DNA of 8,049 nt, from positions 1-8,049 of the forward strand of contig NW_021828569.1 in NCBI RefSeq assembly GCF_006345805.1, read 5' to 3'. The position numbers and the translations under genes are program-made. This document shows positions 7,794-8,049 of the stretch, one piece after another. This DNA is from Octopus sinensis. Its lineage: Eukaryota. The notes under the pieces were generated by a model, which was not told the origin of the DNA, ran no database searches, and saw nothing but the letters and a program-made list of their open reading frames with translations. Each line of letters begins with the position of its first letter. The first letter of the stretch is position 1.

Positions 7794-8049
7794 GAAGCTT
7801 GCTTCCCAACAACATGGTTTCGGGTTCAGTCCCACTACGTGGCACCTTGGGCAAGTGTCTTCTACAATAGCCTCGGGCGGACCCAAAGCCTTGTGAGTGG
7901 ATTTGGTAGAGGGAAACTGTATTTGTATGTCTGTGTTTGTCACCACACCATCGCTTGACAACCGATGTTGGTGTGTTTACGTCCCCGTAACATAGCGGTT
8001 CGGCAAAAGATACCAATAGAATAAGTGCTAGGCTTACAAAGAATAAGTC
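7793..8049 (+). mobile_element. tRNA-derived SINE, copy 4 (same family as copy 1); runs off the window end
   Basis: B-box GGTTCAGTCCC at 7823-7833 and CORE-like CCTTGGGCAAGT at 7845-7856. Colinear with the reverse complement of copy 1 apart from the internal spacer. Confidence 0.92.

Noticed and set aside
7793-7860. tRNA gene (also 960-1018 and 6200-6297)
   Set aside because: Only a B box is present, with no cloverleaf or clear A box, and it runs into SINE body sequence.
1-8049. CRISPR array or other prokaryotic system
   Set aside because: There are no regularly spaced direct repeats with unique spacers and no operon-like coding density. The sequence is clearly eukaryotic repeat-rich DNA.

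Overview
Non-coding, microsatellite-saturated animal genomic DNA, most likely from an octopus. That assignment comes from my recollection of octopod SINE sequences and was not database-checked. Positions ~1-6050 are mostly simple repeats: (TATC)n, (TG)n, (TA)n, (GAA)n, (AAT)n, (GAT)n, (GA)n and (ACC)n, with short unique islands and two minus-strand copies of a tRNA-derived SINE. Positions ~6100-8049 are a retroposon nest: a second SINE type (-), a third copy of the first SINE (-), a decayed non-LTR ORF1/gag-like frame with one CCHC zinc knuckle (+), and a fourth SINE copy (+) running off the window. The ORF1 has no ORF2 (endonuclease/RT) behind it. No intact host gene is supported, and almost all listed ORFs are microsatellite artefacts. 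The best leads are a possible ORF1-only non-autonomous retroelement, its bracketing by inverted SINE copies, and a Helitron-like 3' terminus near 400-445. None of these amounts to a demonstrated new system.
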